A stretch of 64,000 bases of DNA, taken from positions 1 to 64,000 of the IMG/VR virus record IMGVR_UViG_3300021961_000037, one strand, 5' to 3'. Position numbers and translations under genes: made by a program. The stretch comes from a virus. Positions 43,691 to 53,590 of the stretch are shown here, piece after piece; position 1 is the first letter of the stretch, and every line of letters begins with the position of its first letter. The notes beneath the pieces are model-generated. The model was not told the DNA's origin, ran no database searches, and was given only the letters and a program-made list of their open reading frames with translations.

Positions 43691-44995
43691 ATGACAGACT
43701 GGAAATCAATTTTAGAATACCTCCAGCCCAAAGAACCGTCATTCTGCCCTGAGCAACCTTCCATAACTCAAAAAGTGTTTTTGAGAACATACGCATTGGA
43801 AGCATTGTTCGGTGGTGCTGCCGGTGGAGGTAAATCTTCTGCGTTGTTGATGGCTGCGTTGCAATATGTCGATGTGCCTGGCTATTCGGCGATTCTTTTC
43901 CGCCGTACTTACGCAGACCTCGCCCTTCCGGGAGCGTTGATGGATCGTTTCAGGTCGTGGATTTCGCAATATGACGATGTCCACTGGAATGCAAACAGTT
44001 ATGTTGCGACATTCCCATCTGGTGCACGTATTTCGTTTGGCTACTTGAACAATCAAAATGACTTTCTTCGTTATAAAGGTTCAGAATTTCAGTTCGTTGG
44101 CATGGATGAGGTGACGGAAATTCGTGAATCTGATTACAGGTATTTGTTCTCTCGGCTCCGCCGTCCTGCCAGTGGCGAACTTTCCAAAGTCCCCCTACGG
44201 ATGAGGGCGGCGTCAAACCCAGCCCCCAACTGGGTGAGGCAACGGTTTATCGTTGAGGGCAAGCAAGAAAGTAGAATTTTTGTACCTTCCTTCCTTACTG
44301 ATAACCCTGGAATTGATGCAGAGTCATATCGTCAGGCGCTTTCTGCTCTAGATCCGATTGAACGGCGAAGGCTTGAAATGGGTGACTGGTGGGCTACAAC
44401 GCTCGGAACCCTATTTGACAGAGCCAATTTCCCGATAATTGATTACACGGAGTTGCCCCAGATGACCAGTTCCACACGGGTGGTCAGGTACTGGGATTTG
44501 GCTTCAACTGAGCCATCAAGCAGTAATCCTGACCCCGACTGGACGGTTGGGACGATGATGCTGTTTGATAATGGAATTGCTTATGTCTTGGATGTCCGTA
44601 AAATTCGGGCAAAAGCAGACAAAGTTGAGGCATTTATTGCAAGAACAGCGGAAGAAGATGGCAAAACAGTGGCGATTCGCATGGAACAGGAGCCTGGTTC
44701 TTCGGGCAAGGCTTTGGTTGACCAGTACGCCAGATATGTGGTTCCGGGCTGGGATTTGCAGGGGGTCAGGCCGACTGGTGACAAGGTGACGAGAGCAAGA
44801 CCTTTCGCTGCCGCCGTAGCCAACGGTAATGTTCGACTGGTTAGGGGTCCGTGGATTACCGACTGGTTGGATGAGTTTTCCTCCTTTCCCGAGGCATCCA
44901 GCCATGACGACCAAGTTGACTCCGCTGTTGGGGCATTCGTATTTTTAACGGGATTGGGGTTGCCACAAAGGGGACGCGTCAGTATCATCGTCTAG
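43691..44995 (+). CDS. terL: Terminase large subunit
   Basis: GGAAGGGKS Walker A, GMDE Walker B, ASNP, RYWDLA, HDDQVD nuclease. Confidence 0.95.
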   Translation: MTDWKSILEYLQPKEPSFCPEQPSITQKVFLRTYALEALFGGAAGGGKSSALLMAALQYVDVPGYSAILFRRTYADLALPGALMDRFRSWISQYDDVHWNANSYVATFPSGARISFGYLNNQNDFLRYKGSEFQFVGMDEVTEIRESDYRYLFSRLRRPASGELSKVPLRMRAASNPAPNWVRQRFIVEGKQESRIFVPSFLTDNPGIDAESYRQALSALDPIERRRLEMGDWWATTLGTLFDRANFPIIDYTELPQMTSSTRVVRYWDLASTEPSSSNPDPDWTVGTMMLFDNGIAYVLDVRKIRAKADKVEAFIARTAEEDGKTVAIRMEQEPGSSGKALVDQYARYVVPGWDLQGVRPTGDKVTRARPFAAAVANGNVRLVRGPWITDWLDEFSSFPEASSHDDQVDSAVGAFVFLTGLGLPQRGRVSIIV

Positions 44996-45035
44996 CGAGT
45001 ACCAATGTTGCCCGAAAGGGCAGAAAGGCTAGAAG

Positions 45036-45290
45036 ATGAAAATCAAGAAAGTATCCAAGACGCAACTACGCAAAGCGTCAGAAAATAGCAGTGCTGTTAT
45101 TGCAAATTGGTTGCGAACAAATCGCCTGAAGGCTGACTTGTCGCAGGCCCAACTTGCAGACCTTGCTGGAATTGACAGGAAGACTGTCAATCGTATTGAG
45201 AACGGTCATTTTTCTCCGAACATTGACACGATGACACGCGTCGCTGTAGTCTTGGGCAAGAAAACACCATCCATCCCACTACATATCTAG
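45036..45290 (+). CDS. XRE-family HTH regulator
   Basis: LSQAQLADLAGIDRKTVNRIENG...P. Confidence 0.9.
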   Translation: MKIKKVSKTQLRKASENSSAVIANWLRTNRLKADLSQAQLADLAGIDRKTVNRIENGHFSPNIDTMTRVAVVLGKKTPSIPLHI

Positions 45291-45306
45291 ACCAAGCGAG
45301 GCAACT

Positions 45307-45825
45307 ATGACTATTGAACCGTGGGAACAGTCTGACGCAACAGCGCCACTGACTGACTTCCGTCGGGCAATCATGGACTTGGGTGACCATGTGCGGAAAA
45401 TTGCTGACAGCGACAACGAGAACGATGTTATTGATGTTCTCGTGTTGCTTCATGCAATCAAAGCGGAAATCGGATTTGTTTTTTCTGAGTACCAAACATT
45501 GGTGACAGACAAAATTCCAGATTCTTCTATGGTTCGTGCCTCGAACGGTCAGACGATTGAAAAGAAGATTGGCAATGACCGCCGTTCATGGGAACATGAA
45601 AAACTTACTAGCGAAGTTTTGCGTCGTCTAAACGAAATGTCTATTGACATGGATACCGGCGAGGTAGTCATGTCCTCACAGCAAATAGCACTCAAACTGC
45701 TTGACTATCTGCAACCTTCGTATTGGCGAGTTAAGGAACTGGCAAAACTCGGAATTAACGCAGACCAATACTGTGAACTTGGAGAACTCAAGAGCAGCAT
45801 CATCATCAGAAAGGTTGATAAGTAA
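45307..45825 (+). CDS. Hypothetical protein in recombination operon
   Basis: ORF ...PSYWRV..L..LGI.AD.YC. Confidence 0.7.
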   Translation: MTIEPWEQSDATAPLTDFRRAIMDLGDHVRKIADSDNENDVIDVLVLLHAIKAEIGFVFSEYQTLVTDKIPDSSMVRASNGQTIEKKIGNDRRSWEHEKLTSEVLRRLNEMSIDMDTGEVVMSSQQIALKLLDYLQPSYWRVKELAKLGINADQYCELGELKSSIIIRKVDK

Positions 45826-46514
45826 TGAGTAACCTATACCAGCAACTTTCCGAGGCATTTCCTCAGGAAATGGAAAAGACCGTAAATAAGAGCGGTACGG
45901 TTTTGACATATGTGCCAGTTAGCGAAATCATTAATCGACTAAACAAAGTTCTCGGTGTTGATAAGTGGTCATTCACCATCGTCCGTTGCGAGCGTGATGC
46001 AAACGACCCAGACTTTGTCGTTGCACATGTCCGCATTGACTGGTACCAAACCGAGTCCGCCTGCGTGTCTCGTGATGGTTTCGGTGGACAGAAAATCAAG
46101 CGCAAGAAGGATGGAACCATTATTGATCTTGGTGACGAGTTCAAGGGCGCCATCTCTGATGCATTGAAGAAGTCAGCACAAACACTCGGTGTCGGTTTGT
46201 ACCTTGCCAGAAGCGAGGATGCAATGGAAATTGAGCAGGCTATTGAGGCAAGCGCCCAAGCACAAAAAGAAACTGGGTCGCCAAAGTATTTCCAAGTAAA
46301 GGAAATGTTTGATGGTTTGAGCGAGGAAAAGAAACGAGACGTCAAAAAGTTCTGGTCCGATTACAGCGGTGGAACATCAAAGCCGTTGTCCAAAATGGTT
46401 GACGATGAACTTGATGTAATTCTGTCTGAAATAGTCCGATTGCAGTTTGACGGAGCAACCCGCATTGACCCAGCGAATGGTGCAGGCACGGACGAAAAAG
46501 CAAACGACGACTGA
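45825..46514 (+). CDS. Rad52/Sak-like ssDNA annealing protein
   Basis: LTYV....II.RLNKVLG...WSF...FKGAISDALKK.A..LGVG.YL. Confidence 0.88.
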   Translation: MSNLYQQLSEAFPQEMEKTVNKSGTVLTYVPVSEIINRLNKVLGVDKWSFTIVRCERDANDPDFVVAHVRIDWYQTESACVSRDGFGGQKIKRKKDGTIIDLGDEFKGAISDALKKSAQTLGVGLYLARSEDAMEIEQAIEASAQAQKETGSPKYFQVKEMFDGLSEEKKRDVKKFWSDYSGGTSKPLSKMVDDELDVILSEIVRLQFDGATRIDPANGAGTDEKANDD

Positions 46515-46515
46515 C

Positions 46516-47271
46516 GTGCTGACTGCTCCGGATTACCTATCGCCTAGTTCTATTTCAACATTTCATCAATGCCCACTGAAGTACAAGTACTCACGGATTG
46601 ACGGGATAAAGGAGCCGCCGACAGAAGCGACGCTTATGGGCACATTTGTCCACGAAGTATTGGAGGGTTTTTATTCACTTGCTCCGAGTGATAGAACCGT
46701 CCACTCCGCCAGAACGCTTGCGTCATCGGCATGGCAGAACTACGAGAAGGATGCATCAATAGTTCTTCGTGGCAATGTTGATTCCATCAGGGCTATGCGG
46801 TGGAGGGCATGGTGGTGTATTGAGAAGTTGATGGCGATGGAAGATGTCGCCGAGGTTCATTTTGATGGGATTGAAACTGAACTAAACGCCGAAATTGATG
46901 GAGTCAAAATCAAGGGTTTTGTTGACCGCTGGCATTTTGATGGGGATTCGATTGTCATTGGGGATTATAAAACTGGGAAAGTTCCCCGAGAACCGTACAG
47001 AGATGACAAGTTTGACCAATTGTTGATTTACGGAATTATTTTGAGTGAATCAATGGGTAAGGAGTTGAAGTCCGTTGAACTTCTGTACATAGGGCATGGT
47101 CAGAAACTTTCCAAAACCCCAACCGGCGAAGATATCGCAAGAGTTAAAAAAATGATTGTTGATACACGGGCAGAGATTGACAAACGGTGCCAAACGGAGG
47201 TATTTGAGGCTCGTCCGAGTATGCTGTGCAACTGGTGTTATTTTAAAAAAACATGTCCTGAGTGGAGTTAG
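46516..47271 (+). CDS. PD-(D/E)xK RecB/Cas4-like exonuclease
   Basis: LSPSS...F..CP..Y, GT.VH, E, GFVDR, DYKTG, QL.IY, CNWCYF...C; start uncertain. Confidence 0.88.
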   Translation: MLTAPDYLSPSSISTFHQCPLKYKYSRIDGIKEPPTEATLMGTFVHEVLEGFYSLAPSDRTVHSARTLASSAWQNYEKDASIVLRGNVDSIRAMRWRAWWCIEKLMAMEDVAEVHFDGIETELNAEIDGVKIKGFVDRWHFDGDSIVIGDYKTGKVPREPYRDDKFDQLLIYGIILSESMGKELKSVELLYIGHGQKLSKTPTGEDIARVKKMIVDTRAEIDKRCQTEVFEARPSMLCNWCYFKKTCPEWS

Positions 47272-47278
47272 TTAAAAA

Positions 47279-47803
47279 ATGAATGATGATGCATTTGCGC
47301 GTTTGGTCGCTGATGAGGTCAAAAACAAAGCAACCGGTGAGGAAGTTGCCTATCTGTTGTTGCCAGAGAACTGGTCTAGGTGGCAACGTGCGCTTAAATC
47401 ACTTATTGACAATCTGAACTCGCAGCGAAATTCCATTATTGAAAGCGAACGCTCAGCAATCAATAAATACAAGCACCTTGGAGATGAGGGCGTTGTCATC
47501 ATTTCTGAACTGAACGCAAACTTTGAAGATCGCCGCAGGAAGATTGAGCGCTTTACTTTCTTCGTTGAGCAAAAATACGATGAAGTAACCCGAAAGATTG
47601 CCACAAATACTGAAGAGATTGATAAGCGTGTCGGTATGGTCGGTTTCTATCGCCGAGCAATAGAGAAGCATCGAGAGTTGATGAAAGAGTACGAACTTGA
47701 CTCAACGGACATTGATGATGCTCTTTGGGCTGCGCTTGATGGACGCTGGGAATTTGACGACATTACAGAAGAAAGCGCATACGAATCCCTAGACAGGGAC
47801 TAA
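47279..47803 (+). CDS. Hypothetical helical protein
   Basis: ORF in operon. Confidence 0.7.
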   Translation: MNDDAFARLVADEVKNKATGEEVAYLLLPENWSRWQRALKSLIDNLNSQRNSIIESERSAINKYKHLGDEGVVIISELNANFEDRRRKIERFTFFVEQKYDEVTRKIATNTEEIDKRVGMVGFYRRAIEKHRELMKEYELDSTDIDDALWAALDGRWEFDDITEESAYESLDRD

Positions 47804-47812
47804 TGTTTCTTC

Positions 47813-48946
47813 GTGACACGTCAACGACTATTCCTTGACATTTCATGTGTTGATGCGGCAAGGCAACGGATTCGCCATGTTTACGACACATTTGACACTG
47901 TTTGTGTTCAGTTTTCTGGCGGTAAAGATTCGACTGCCATTCTTTATCTGGCGAAAGAAGTTCACGAAGAACGAAATCTGGGTCCTGTAAAAGTTATTTT
48001 TCGTGACGAAGAGATGGTCAGTCCGTCGGTTGTTCGTTTCGTTGAGAAGGTAAAGAATTATGACTGGGTTGATATGGAGTGGTATTGCCTTCCGTCCGGT
48101 CAGGAGGTGTGGGTTCTTGGTCGCCGTGAGTACGCGATGCTCTGGTCTCAGGCACGGAAAGAAGACGGTCGGCTAGTAAGAGATATGCCCGAGTGGGCTA
48201 TCAGGGCTGAGCATTTCGGTTTGGATCCAGCAAAACCCTCGCCAAAACTTGTTGACCATTACACGATGCAGGGGAAGAAGGGGAGGACGGCGTTTATTAC
48301 TGGTGTGCGCGCCAATGAGTCAATGGTTCGCTACAGGTCGTGTGTTCAAAAGTTGCATGAGAACTATATAGTCGCACCGTTCATGATGCCGAAATCAATT
48401 CCCCTGAGGTTTGCAAAAGTTATTTACGACTGGACAACCGAAGATGTTATGAAGTTTCTGATTCACGAACATAACGCCGAGTACTGCGAATACTACGACC
48501 TTGCCGAAATGACTGGAAGTAATTCTCGTGTTGGCATTCCACTTCACTCTGTCGCTATTAGGAGGATTGGGGATGTTGTCGCCACGGAGCCAGAATTTTA
48601 CGATGACCTTGTCAGGTGTTTCCCGCAAATTGATGCGCAGAGGAGATATTGGAAGTATTTTGACATTGAGAGTTTGATTGCGAACTATGCGTCAAACGGA
48701 TGGGACGGAGTGCGTGATTGCATTGAAGATAACATGTTGACTCCGGGGCTGAAGCAGGATGCTATGAAGTTTGCTTCTGATTTTAGGAAGAAGCGCGCAG
48801 TTGACCCGTTTGGTTTTCCGCTTGAGTATTTGATTCGAACACTTTTGTTGAATGAGTTTCATCAATCAACCCCTACGCCAGTAGGTCCGAAAACAAGGGC
48901 ACACACAATGAGAATGAAGGCAATTGAGTCTGGGGAGGACTATTAG
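47813..48946 (+). CDS. PAPS-reductase-family PP-loop protein (IbrA-like)
   Basis: AARQRI...FD...V.FSGGKDS, F.DEE, GVRANES..R, IYDW...DV. Confidence 0.88.
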   Translation: MTRQRLFLDISCVDAARQRIRHVYDTFDTVCVQFSGGKDSTAILYLAKEVHEERNLGPVKVIFRDEEMVSPSVVRFVEKVKNYDWVDMEWYCLPSGQEVWVLGRREYAMLWSQARKEDGRLVRDMPEWAIRAEHFGLDPAKPSPKLVDHYTMQGKKGRTAFITGVRANESMVRYRSCVQKLHENYIVAPFMMPKSIPLRFAKVIYDWTTEDVMKFLIHEHNAEYCEYYDLAEMTGSNSRVGIPLHSVAIRRIGDVVATEPEFYDDLVRCFPQIDAQRRYWKYFDIESLIANYASNGWDGVRDCIEDNMLTPGLKQDAMKFASDFRKKRAVDPFGFPLEYLIRTLLLNEFHQSTPTPVGPKTRAHTMRMKAIESGEDY

Positions 48947-49494
48947 TGAATGTCGTAACTGTTCCGCTTAGTTCGTTGAGGGCACCGAGTTGGGGGTCAA
49001 CATATCTTCTTCGTCCTGACAAAACGCTTCTTCGTATATCGCTCGTTGAATCTGGGTGGTTACAACCTTTGGTTGTGCGACTTGATGACCAGACAATAAT
49101 TGATGGAACGAAAAGGTGGGATATTGCCTGCTCGGACGACAAGTTTTTGTCCAAGTTTGGTTCCGATGTCCCCGTTGTTTACCATGATGTTGACGAGATT
49201 GATGCGATGATTCTTCATGTGCGCCTGAATAGGGCTAGGGGGAATGTTCACCCGGTCGGTCTTAGCGCAATCATGAAGAAGATTGTTTACTCAGGGAAAT
49301 ACGACGATAAAGATTTGTCAAATATCTTCGTAATGGGTGATGACGAGGTTGACCTTTTGCTTTCAAGCGGTTTGCTCAAGAATAAGAACTGGGCAAAGTA
49401 TGAGTATTCCCGAGCATGGGTTCCGATTGAGGTTCCGAAGGGGGCTGATGCTGGAACATCGTTTATAGAGCGACCACCTAATCCCGATAGGTAG
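48946..49494 (+). CDS. ParB-like protein (IbrB-like)
   Basis: L..SL...GWLQPLVV....IIDG..R...RLNRARG. Confidence 0.82.
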   Translation: MNVVTVPLSSLRAPSWGSTYLLRPDKTLLRISLVESGWLQPLVVRLDDQTIIDGTKRWDIACSDDKFLSKFGSDVPVVYHDVDEIDAMILHVRLNRARGNVHPVGLSAIMKKIVYSGKYDDKDLSNIFVMGDDEVDLLLSSGLLKNKNWAKYEYSRAWVPIEVPKGADAGTSFIERPPNPDR

Positions 49495-49554
49495 TTTTAG
49501 ACCCACTTTCTTGAAATGTGGTAAAGTCGTTGTAGTTTCTTTTCAGGGGTGAGT

Positions 49555-49935
49555 ATGCCACGACCGCGTTTCACGGAAGATATTGAATTCCGCACAGATG
49601 TCAATACGGCTGGTGATGTAATTCGTCGTGCCCGGTTTGTTGCGCGTCCTAGGCGTGTTGGCGGAAGGACTGTTCCTGGAAATGCGCGATACTACCGCCG
49701 ACGACAGCAGGAACTGTTGGCTGGCCGTCGTGCCGCCCAACGAGCAGCAAGGGGTGCAAGACGGACACGTGCGACTGCACAAAGGGCTGGGCGTCGCGCT
49801 GGTAATCCTCGTGCCGCTGGTGGTGGTCGTCGCACTGTTACGCCTCGTGGTCGGGGTGGTGTGCGTGGAGCGCTGGCTCGTGTTGCTCGGGGTATTGCCA
49901 ACCGTCTTGAGAGACGCCGTACCCGCCGTCGTTGA
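49555..49935 (+). CDS. Arg-rich (about 30%) protamine-like protein
   Basis: 39 Arg counted in the 128-aa ORF; first gene of the neck/tail operon. Confidence 0.7.
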   Translation: MPRPRFTEDIEFRTDVNTAGDVIRRARFVARPRRVGGRTVPGNARYYRRRQQELLAGRRAAQRAARGARRTRATAQRAGRRAGNPRAAGGGRRTVTPRGRGGVRGALARVARGIANRLERRRTRRR

Positions 49936-49949
49936 TCGGGAGGTGAACC

Positions 49950-50576
49950 GTGCTGGTTACGGTTTCTGAGTTACAAAAATATATGGACATCCGGTTTTCA
50001 AGCCGTCAGGAAGAGGCTGCCGAGTATGTCATAGAAGGCTTGCAAAGTGAGTTAGAGGCATATTTGCGTCGACCAGTTGAAGTTAACAACTATGTCGAAA
50101 CATATGTGATGGACAACAATCATGTTGGTGTTCCAATGTCATCTTTCCTTTACAACTATGACGATGTCGGAACGCATGAAATGATGAATGTTGCCCAACC
50201 GCCAGTGACTGTTTATTTGGACAACTCTCCAGTTGCATCTGTTAACTCGGTTAAAATTGTGCACCCGAACGATGCAACCGAAATAACACAGGTTGAAGGT
50301 CGTGACTACATTGTCCGTAAATACGGGATTGATTTGTATACCGCTTTTTCGAACGACAAAGTTATTGTTGATTATGAGGCTGGTCTTGATGGGGAAAACA
50401 TCAAGATGTTCAAGTTGATGATTCTGCGTGCTGGGACACGAGAGATGCAAAATATGCATGACGATGTTGTCGGAGTGAAAGACCTTGAAACACGAAATGT
50501 TGCTCCACTTGAAACGGGATTTTTGGAAAAAGAACTTCTCGCAGTTAAGCGGTGGCGTCGAAACAGAATAGCCTGA
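49950..50576 (+). CDS. Head-tail adaptor
   Basis: LVTVSEL..Y...EAYL.R...PV.SV...Y.AG; GGAGG RBS; position. Confidence 0.75.
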   Translation: MLVTVSELQKYMDIRFSSRQEEAAEYVIEGLQSELEAYLRRPVEVNNYVETYVMDNNHVGVPMSSFLYNYDDVGTHEMMNVAQPPVTVYLDNSPVASVNSVKIVHPNDATEITQVEGRDYIVRKYGIDLYTAFSNDKVIVDYEAGLDGENIKMFKLMILRAGTREMQNMHDDVVGVKDLETRNVAPLETGFLEKELLAVKRWRRNRIA

Positions 50577-50577
50577 C

Positions 50578-51036
50578 ATGACTGTTGAAGTGCGTGTACG
50601 AGTTTTTGCTGAAGCGGCTATCCGGCGTATGCGCGATATGGAGCGCAGGTCTAAGGATTTCAGACCAGTTCTCAGATGGGCGAAGCGTGAAATTGAAAAA
50701 GCAAACGCCCGAAACTTTGCTGCCAGCGGACTTCCTGTTGGTGGGTGGGCACCGCTTGATGCAAGGTACGCAGCGTGGAAAGCAACAAACTTTCCTGGAC
50801 GCCCAATCATGGAAGTGAACGGCAGGTTGGCGGACAGTCTTACGAGGCTGGATGGTCCGGTGAACAAAATACGGTTGAAGTCGGCAGAGTTTGGCACCGA
50901 TGTGGAATACGCAAAGTTTCATCAGTACGGAACAAGCAGGATGCCGAAGCGTCAAATTGTTTATGAGCCAAAGGGTTTTGCGAGGACATTGGCAGAGCAC
51001 ACTGGCGAGTATGTTGTTTATGGGCGGTTCCGATGA
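50578..51036 (+). CDS. Virion morphogenesis / neck protein (Mu gpG / P2 gpS-like)
   Basis: WAPL...Y, G.L..SL, GTDVEYA.FHQYGT..MP.R. Confidence 0.85.
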   Translation: MTVEVRVRVFAEAAIRRMRDMERRSKDFRPVLRWAKREIEKANARNFAASGLPVGGWAPLDARYAAWKATNFPGRPIMEVNGRLADSLTRLDGPVNKIRLKSAEFGTDVEYAKFHQYGTSRMPKRQIVYEPKGFARTLAEHTGEYVVYGRFR

Positions 51037-51620
51037 CAGAGTTAATGCAGGGCGCACAATTCGCCAAAGCGTATGTAAATAATTACCTAAACGCTGACTT
51101 ACCGTCTCGTTTAGTTAAGTATCGCAGCGGGTGGAATCTTGACGACCGTGAACTGCCGAATCCAGAACTTTTCCTCACATACGAGCCGATTGCTTTGGAT
51201 CACTGGCCGACGGTAATAACTGTCGCTATTTCAACGAATCGCTTTGAGAGGTTGATGCTTGGCGCGGAGGGCGACCCCCTTTACAGAGTTAATTACAACA
51301 TGAGGACATATATCTGGACGAAAACAGAGGGTTCAGAAGAAGTGACCCTTATGCGAGACAGATTGACAACCGTACTTCGTTCGGCATTGCTTGACAGACC
51401 CTCTCTTAATCGTCATGACGCGACATATGGATGTGATGCCCAGATTGATGAAGAAAGTCTCACCGAAGAATTTTCCGACTTGACCCTAATCAAGGGCGAC
51501 CGCGTCTTGGCGGGAGCATATTTAGGGTATGATTTAATGTTGACAGAAGTTATTTATAGAGACCAAGTTGGTAGTCTCTCGGAAATCAGTACAGAAGTAT
51601 ATAACCTTCGTGGAGAGTAG
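51033..51620 (+). CDS. Putative tail terminator/completion protein
   Basis: Position and size between neck and sheath genes. Confidence 0.55.
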   Translation: MTELMQGAQFAKAYVNNYLNADLPSRLVKYRSGWNLDDRELPNPELFLTYEPIALDHWPTVITVAISTNRFERLMLGAEGDPLYRVNYNMRTYIWTKTEGSEEVTLMRDRLTTVLRSALLDRPSLNRHDATYGCDAQIDEESLTEEFSDLTLIKGDRVLAGAYLGYDLMLTEVIYRDQVGSLSEISTEVYNLRGE

Positions 51621-51626
51621 TTTCAG

Positions 51627-52055
51627 ATGCGTGTTATAACGGATAAAACATTTGGTGGTGAAGACGGGATGGTTCGTATTTGGAACCAGACTGCTGGCCT
51701 CGTACAAGTTACGCCAGATGGTCATCTGTTGGGCGCCCATCAGTCTGCTTGGGTTGACGACAATGAGACTGTTCAGCACCTGATTGAAATCAACCATGTC
51801 GTAGTTACTGCTGGGACATCAAAGAAAACCGCAAAAAAAAATACAAAAGCCAAAGCAAAGCCGATAGACCAGCCCCAGAAAGATACCTCAGAGGTTCTTC
51901 CTGTTGTCCTGGAGCAAGACCCTGAGGTAACTCAGGTTAATGAAACACAGCAAGAAACAGCAACAACTGATAATACTGCAATACTTGACAGTTTTGTTTT
52001 GGATAGTTCGCCTATCGCAGACAATACTGAAAGTGTTTCAGTCGAGAACATCTAA
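51627..52055 (+). CDS. Hypothetical protein
   Basis: GGAG RBS; low-complexity C-terminus. Confidence 0.55.
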   Translation: MRVITDKTFGGEDGMVRIWNQTAGLVQVTPDGHLLGAHQSAWVDDNETVQHLIEINHVVVTAGTSKKTAKKNTKAKAKPIDQPQKDTSEVLPVVLEQDPEVTQVNETQQETATTDNTAILDSFVLDSSPIADNTESVSVENI

Positions 52056-52117
52056 CTAATGTATACTCGCTGTAAGCAATATTTCCTGAGTTGCATCAAG
52101 ACGACGGAGGATGCCGG

Positions 52118-53578
52118 ATGCCCGGAGTAACAATTTCCACAGCAGTTCGCACAGGTGCGGTTAATACAGGTGTGGCGCCAGCCGCTACCTTCTTCGTCGT
52201 CGGTGAGACGACACGAGGAATCGACACTGAAGCAGTTCTCGTTACATCACTTGAGGATTACGAGACCAAGTTTGGCGCTCATACCACTGGTCAATACACC
52301 TGGTACTCACTCCGAACATTCTTTGAAGAGGGCGGTGTCAACGCCTATGTTGGCCGCGCAACAGCAAGCGATGCGGTTGCTGCAAGTGCAGCCCTTCTTG
52401 ACAGCACATCTGGTGCTGGTCTGACGTTGACAGCGGTCGGCGATGGATCATGGGGAAATGACCTCGAAGCCGTCGTTACTGTTGACGGTTCTGAGTTCAC
52501 ACTAACTGTCTCATACGAAGGTAGTGAAATTTTCTCTGGCACATACACAAGTCTTTCGGGTGCGCTTACGGGAATCAACTTCTCAAGCGGTGCAGCAAAC
52601 TATTTCACCGCTGCTTACACGGTTGGTGCAGACCCGACTGAAACACTTGAAGCAAATGCTGGCGAGGCGTTCACATCTGGCGACAACGGAACAATTGCGA
52701 AGTCGGACTTTGTTTCTGCTCTTGATTTGTTCAGCGCCGAACTTGGCTCTGGCTGTGTTGCGGCACCTGGTGTCGTGACTGGTTCGTCGGACGACTCTGT
52801 GTACACGGGATTGCGTGAGCACGCAGTGGCAATGAACCGAATTGCGCTTTGCAGTTTCTCAACTGGGACATCGCTTTCTGGCGCACGTTCCGCTTCGGAG
52901 GCATACACCGGAACAGAGGGTCATGAGCACATGGCTTTCTATCACCCGTGGGTAGTGATTCCTTCTGGAACTGTTACCGTCAGCATTCCGCCCGAGGGCT
53001 ATGTCGCTGGCGCACGTTCGCGCTCGCACAACCAAGTTGGTCCGTGGCGAGCATTCGCTGGCGTGAACTCTGAGGCTCAGTTTGTCTCTGGTCTCGACAT
53101 GTCTGTCAGCCGATCCGAGGGAGACCTCATGGAGGCAGCACGTGTCAATCCGCTCCGTGTAATCAACGGACGCGTTCGTATCTACGGCGCACGGTCACAT
53201 TCAACTGTCACCGAGCAGTGGCGTTTCATCACTGCACGAGACACAATCAACTACATTGTTGTTGAGGCTGAGAAGCGTCTTGAGGATCTCGTGTTCTCCA
53301 CAATTGACGGACGTCAAACACTGTTTGCAAACATCATCAATGCTTGCCAAGCAGTTCTTGAGCCGGTTCGCATCAACGGTGGATTGTACGAGGGCTTTAC
53401 CGCCGATGGTCGCCGAATTGACTACGGATACACGGTCAAGTGTGATTCTTCAATCAACCCGCTTTCGCAACTTGAGGCTGGCACGGTGAGGTGCCGTGTT
53501 GGTGTACGAGTTTCGAGCGTCGGTGACAAGATTGAAGTTGAACTCATCAAGTCAAACCTCACAACAGCATTGGCATAA
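52118..53578 (+). CDS. Contractile tail sheath protein
   Basis: MPGV.I, FFEEGG..AYV.R, G.WGN, YHPWV, PPEGYVAG, VNPLR....RIYGAR. Confidence 0.93.
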   Translation: MPGVTISTAVRTGAVNTGVAPAATFFVVGETTRGIDTEAVLVTSLEDYETKFGAHTTGQYTWYSLRTFFEEGGVNAYVGRATASDAVAASAALLDSTSGAGLTLTAVGDGSWGNDLEAVVTVDGSEFTLTVSYEGSEIFSGTYTSLSGALTGINFSSGAANYFTAAYTVGADPTETLEANAGEAFTSGDNGTIAKSDFVSALDLFSAELGSGCVAAPGVVTGSSDDSVYTGLREHAVAMNRIALCSFSTGTSLSGARSASEAYTGTEGHEHMAFYHPWVVIPSGTVTVSIPPEGYVAGARSRSHNQVGPWRAFAGVNSEAQFVSGLDMSVSRSEGDLMEAARVNPLRVINGRVRIYGARSHSTVTEQWRFITARDTINYIVVEAEKRLEDLVFSTIDGRQTLFANIINACQAVLEPVRINGGLYEGFTADGRRIDYGYTVKCDSSINPLSQLEAGTVRCRVGVRVSSVGDKIEVELIKSNLTTALA

Positions 53579-53590
53579 CGGAGGAAGTAA

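Noticed and set aside
46516-47271. Cas4 as part of a CRISPR system
   Set aside because: No other cas genes; sits beside Sak as a recombination exonuclease
50139-50897. 252-aa antisense ORF over neck genes
   Set aside because: Opposite well-supported structural genes; no motifs
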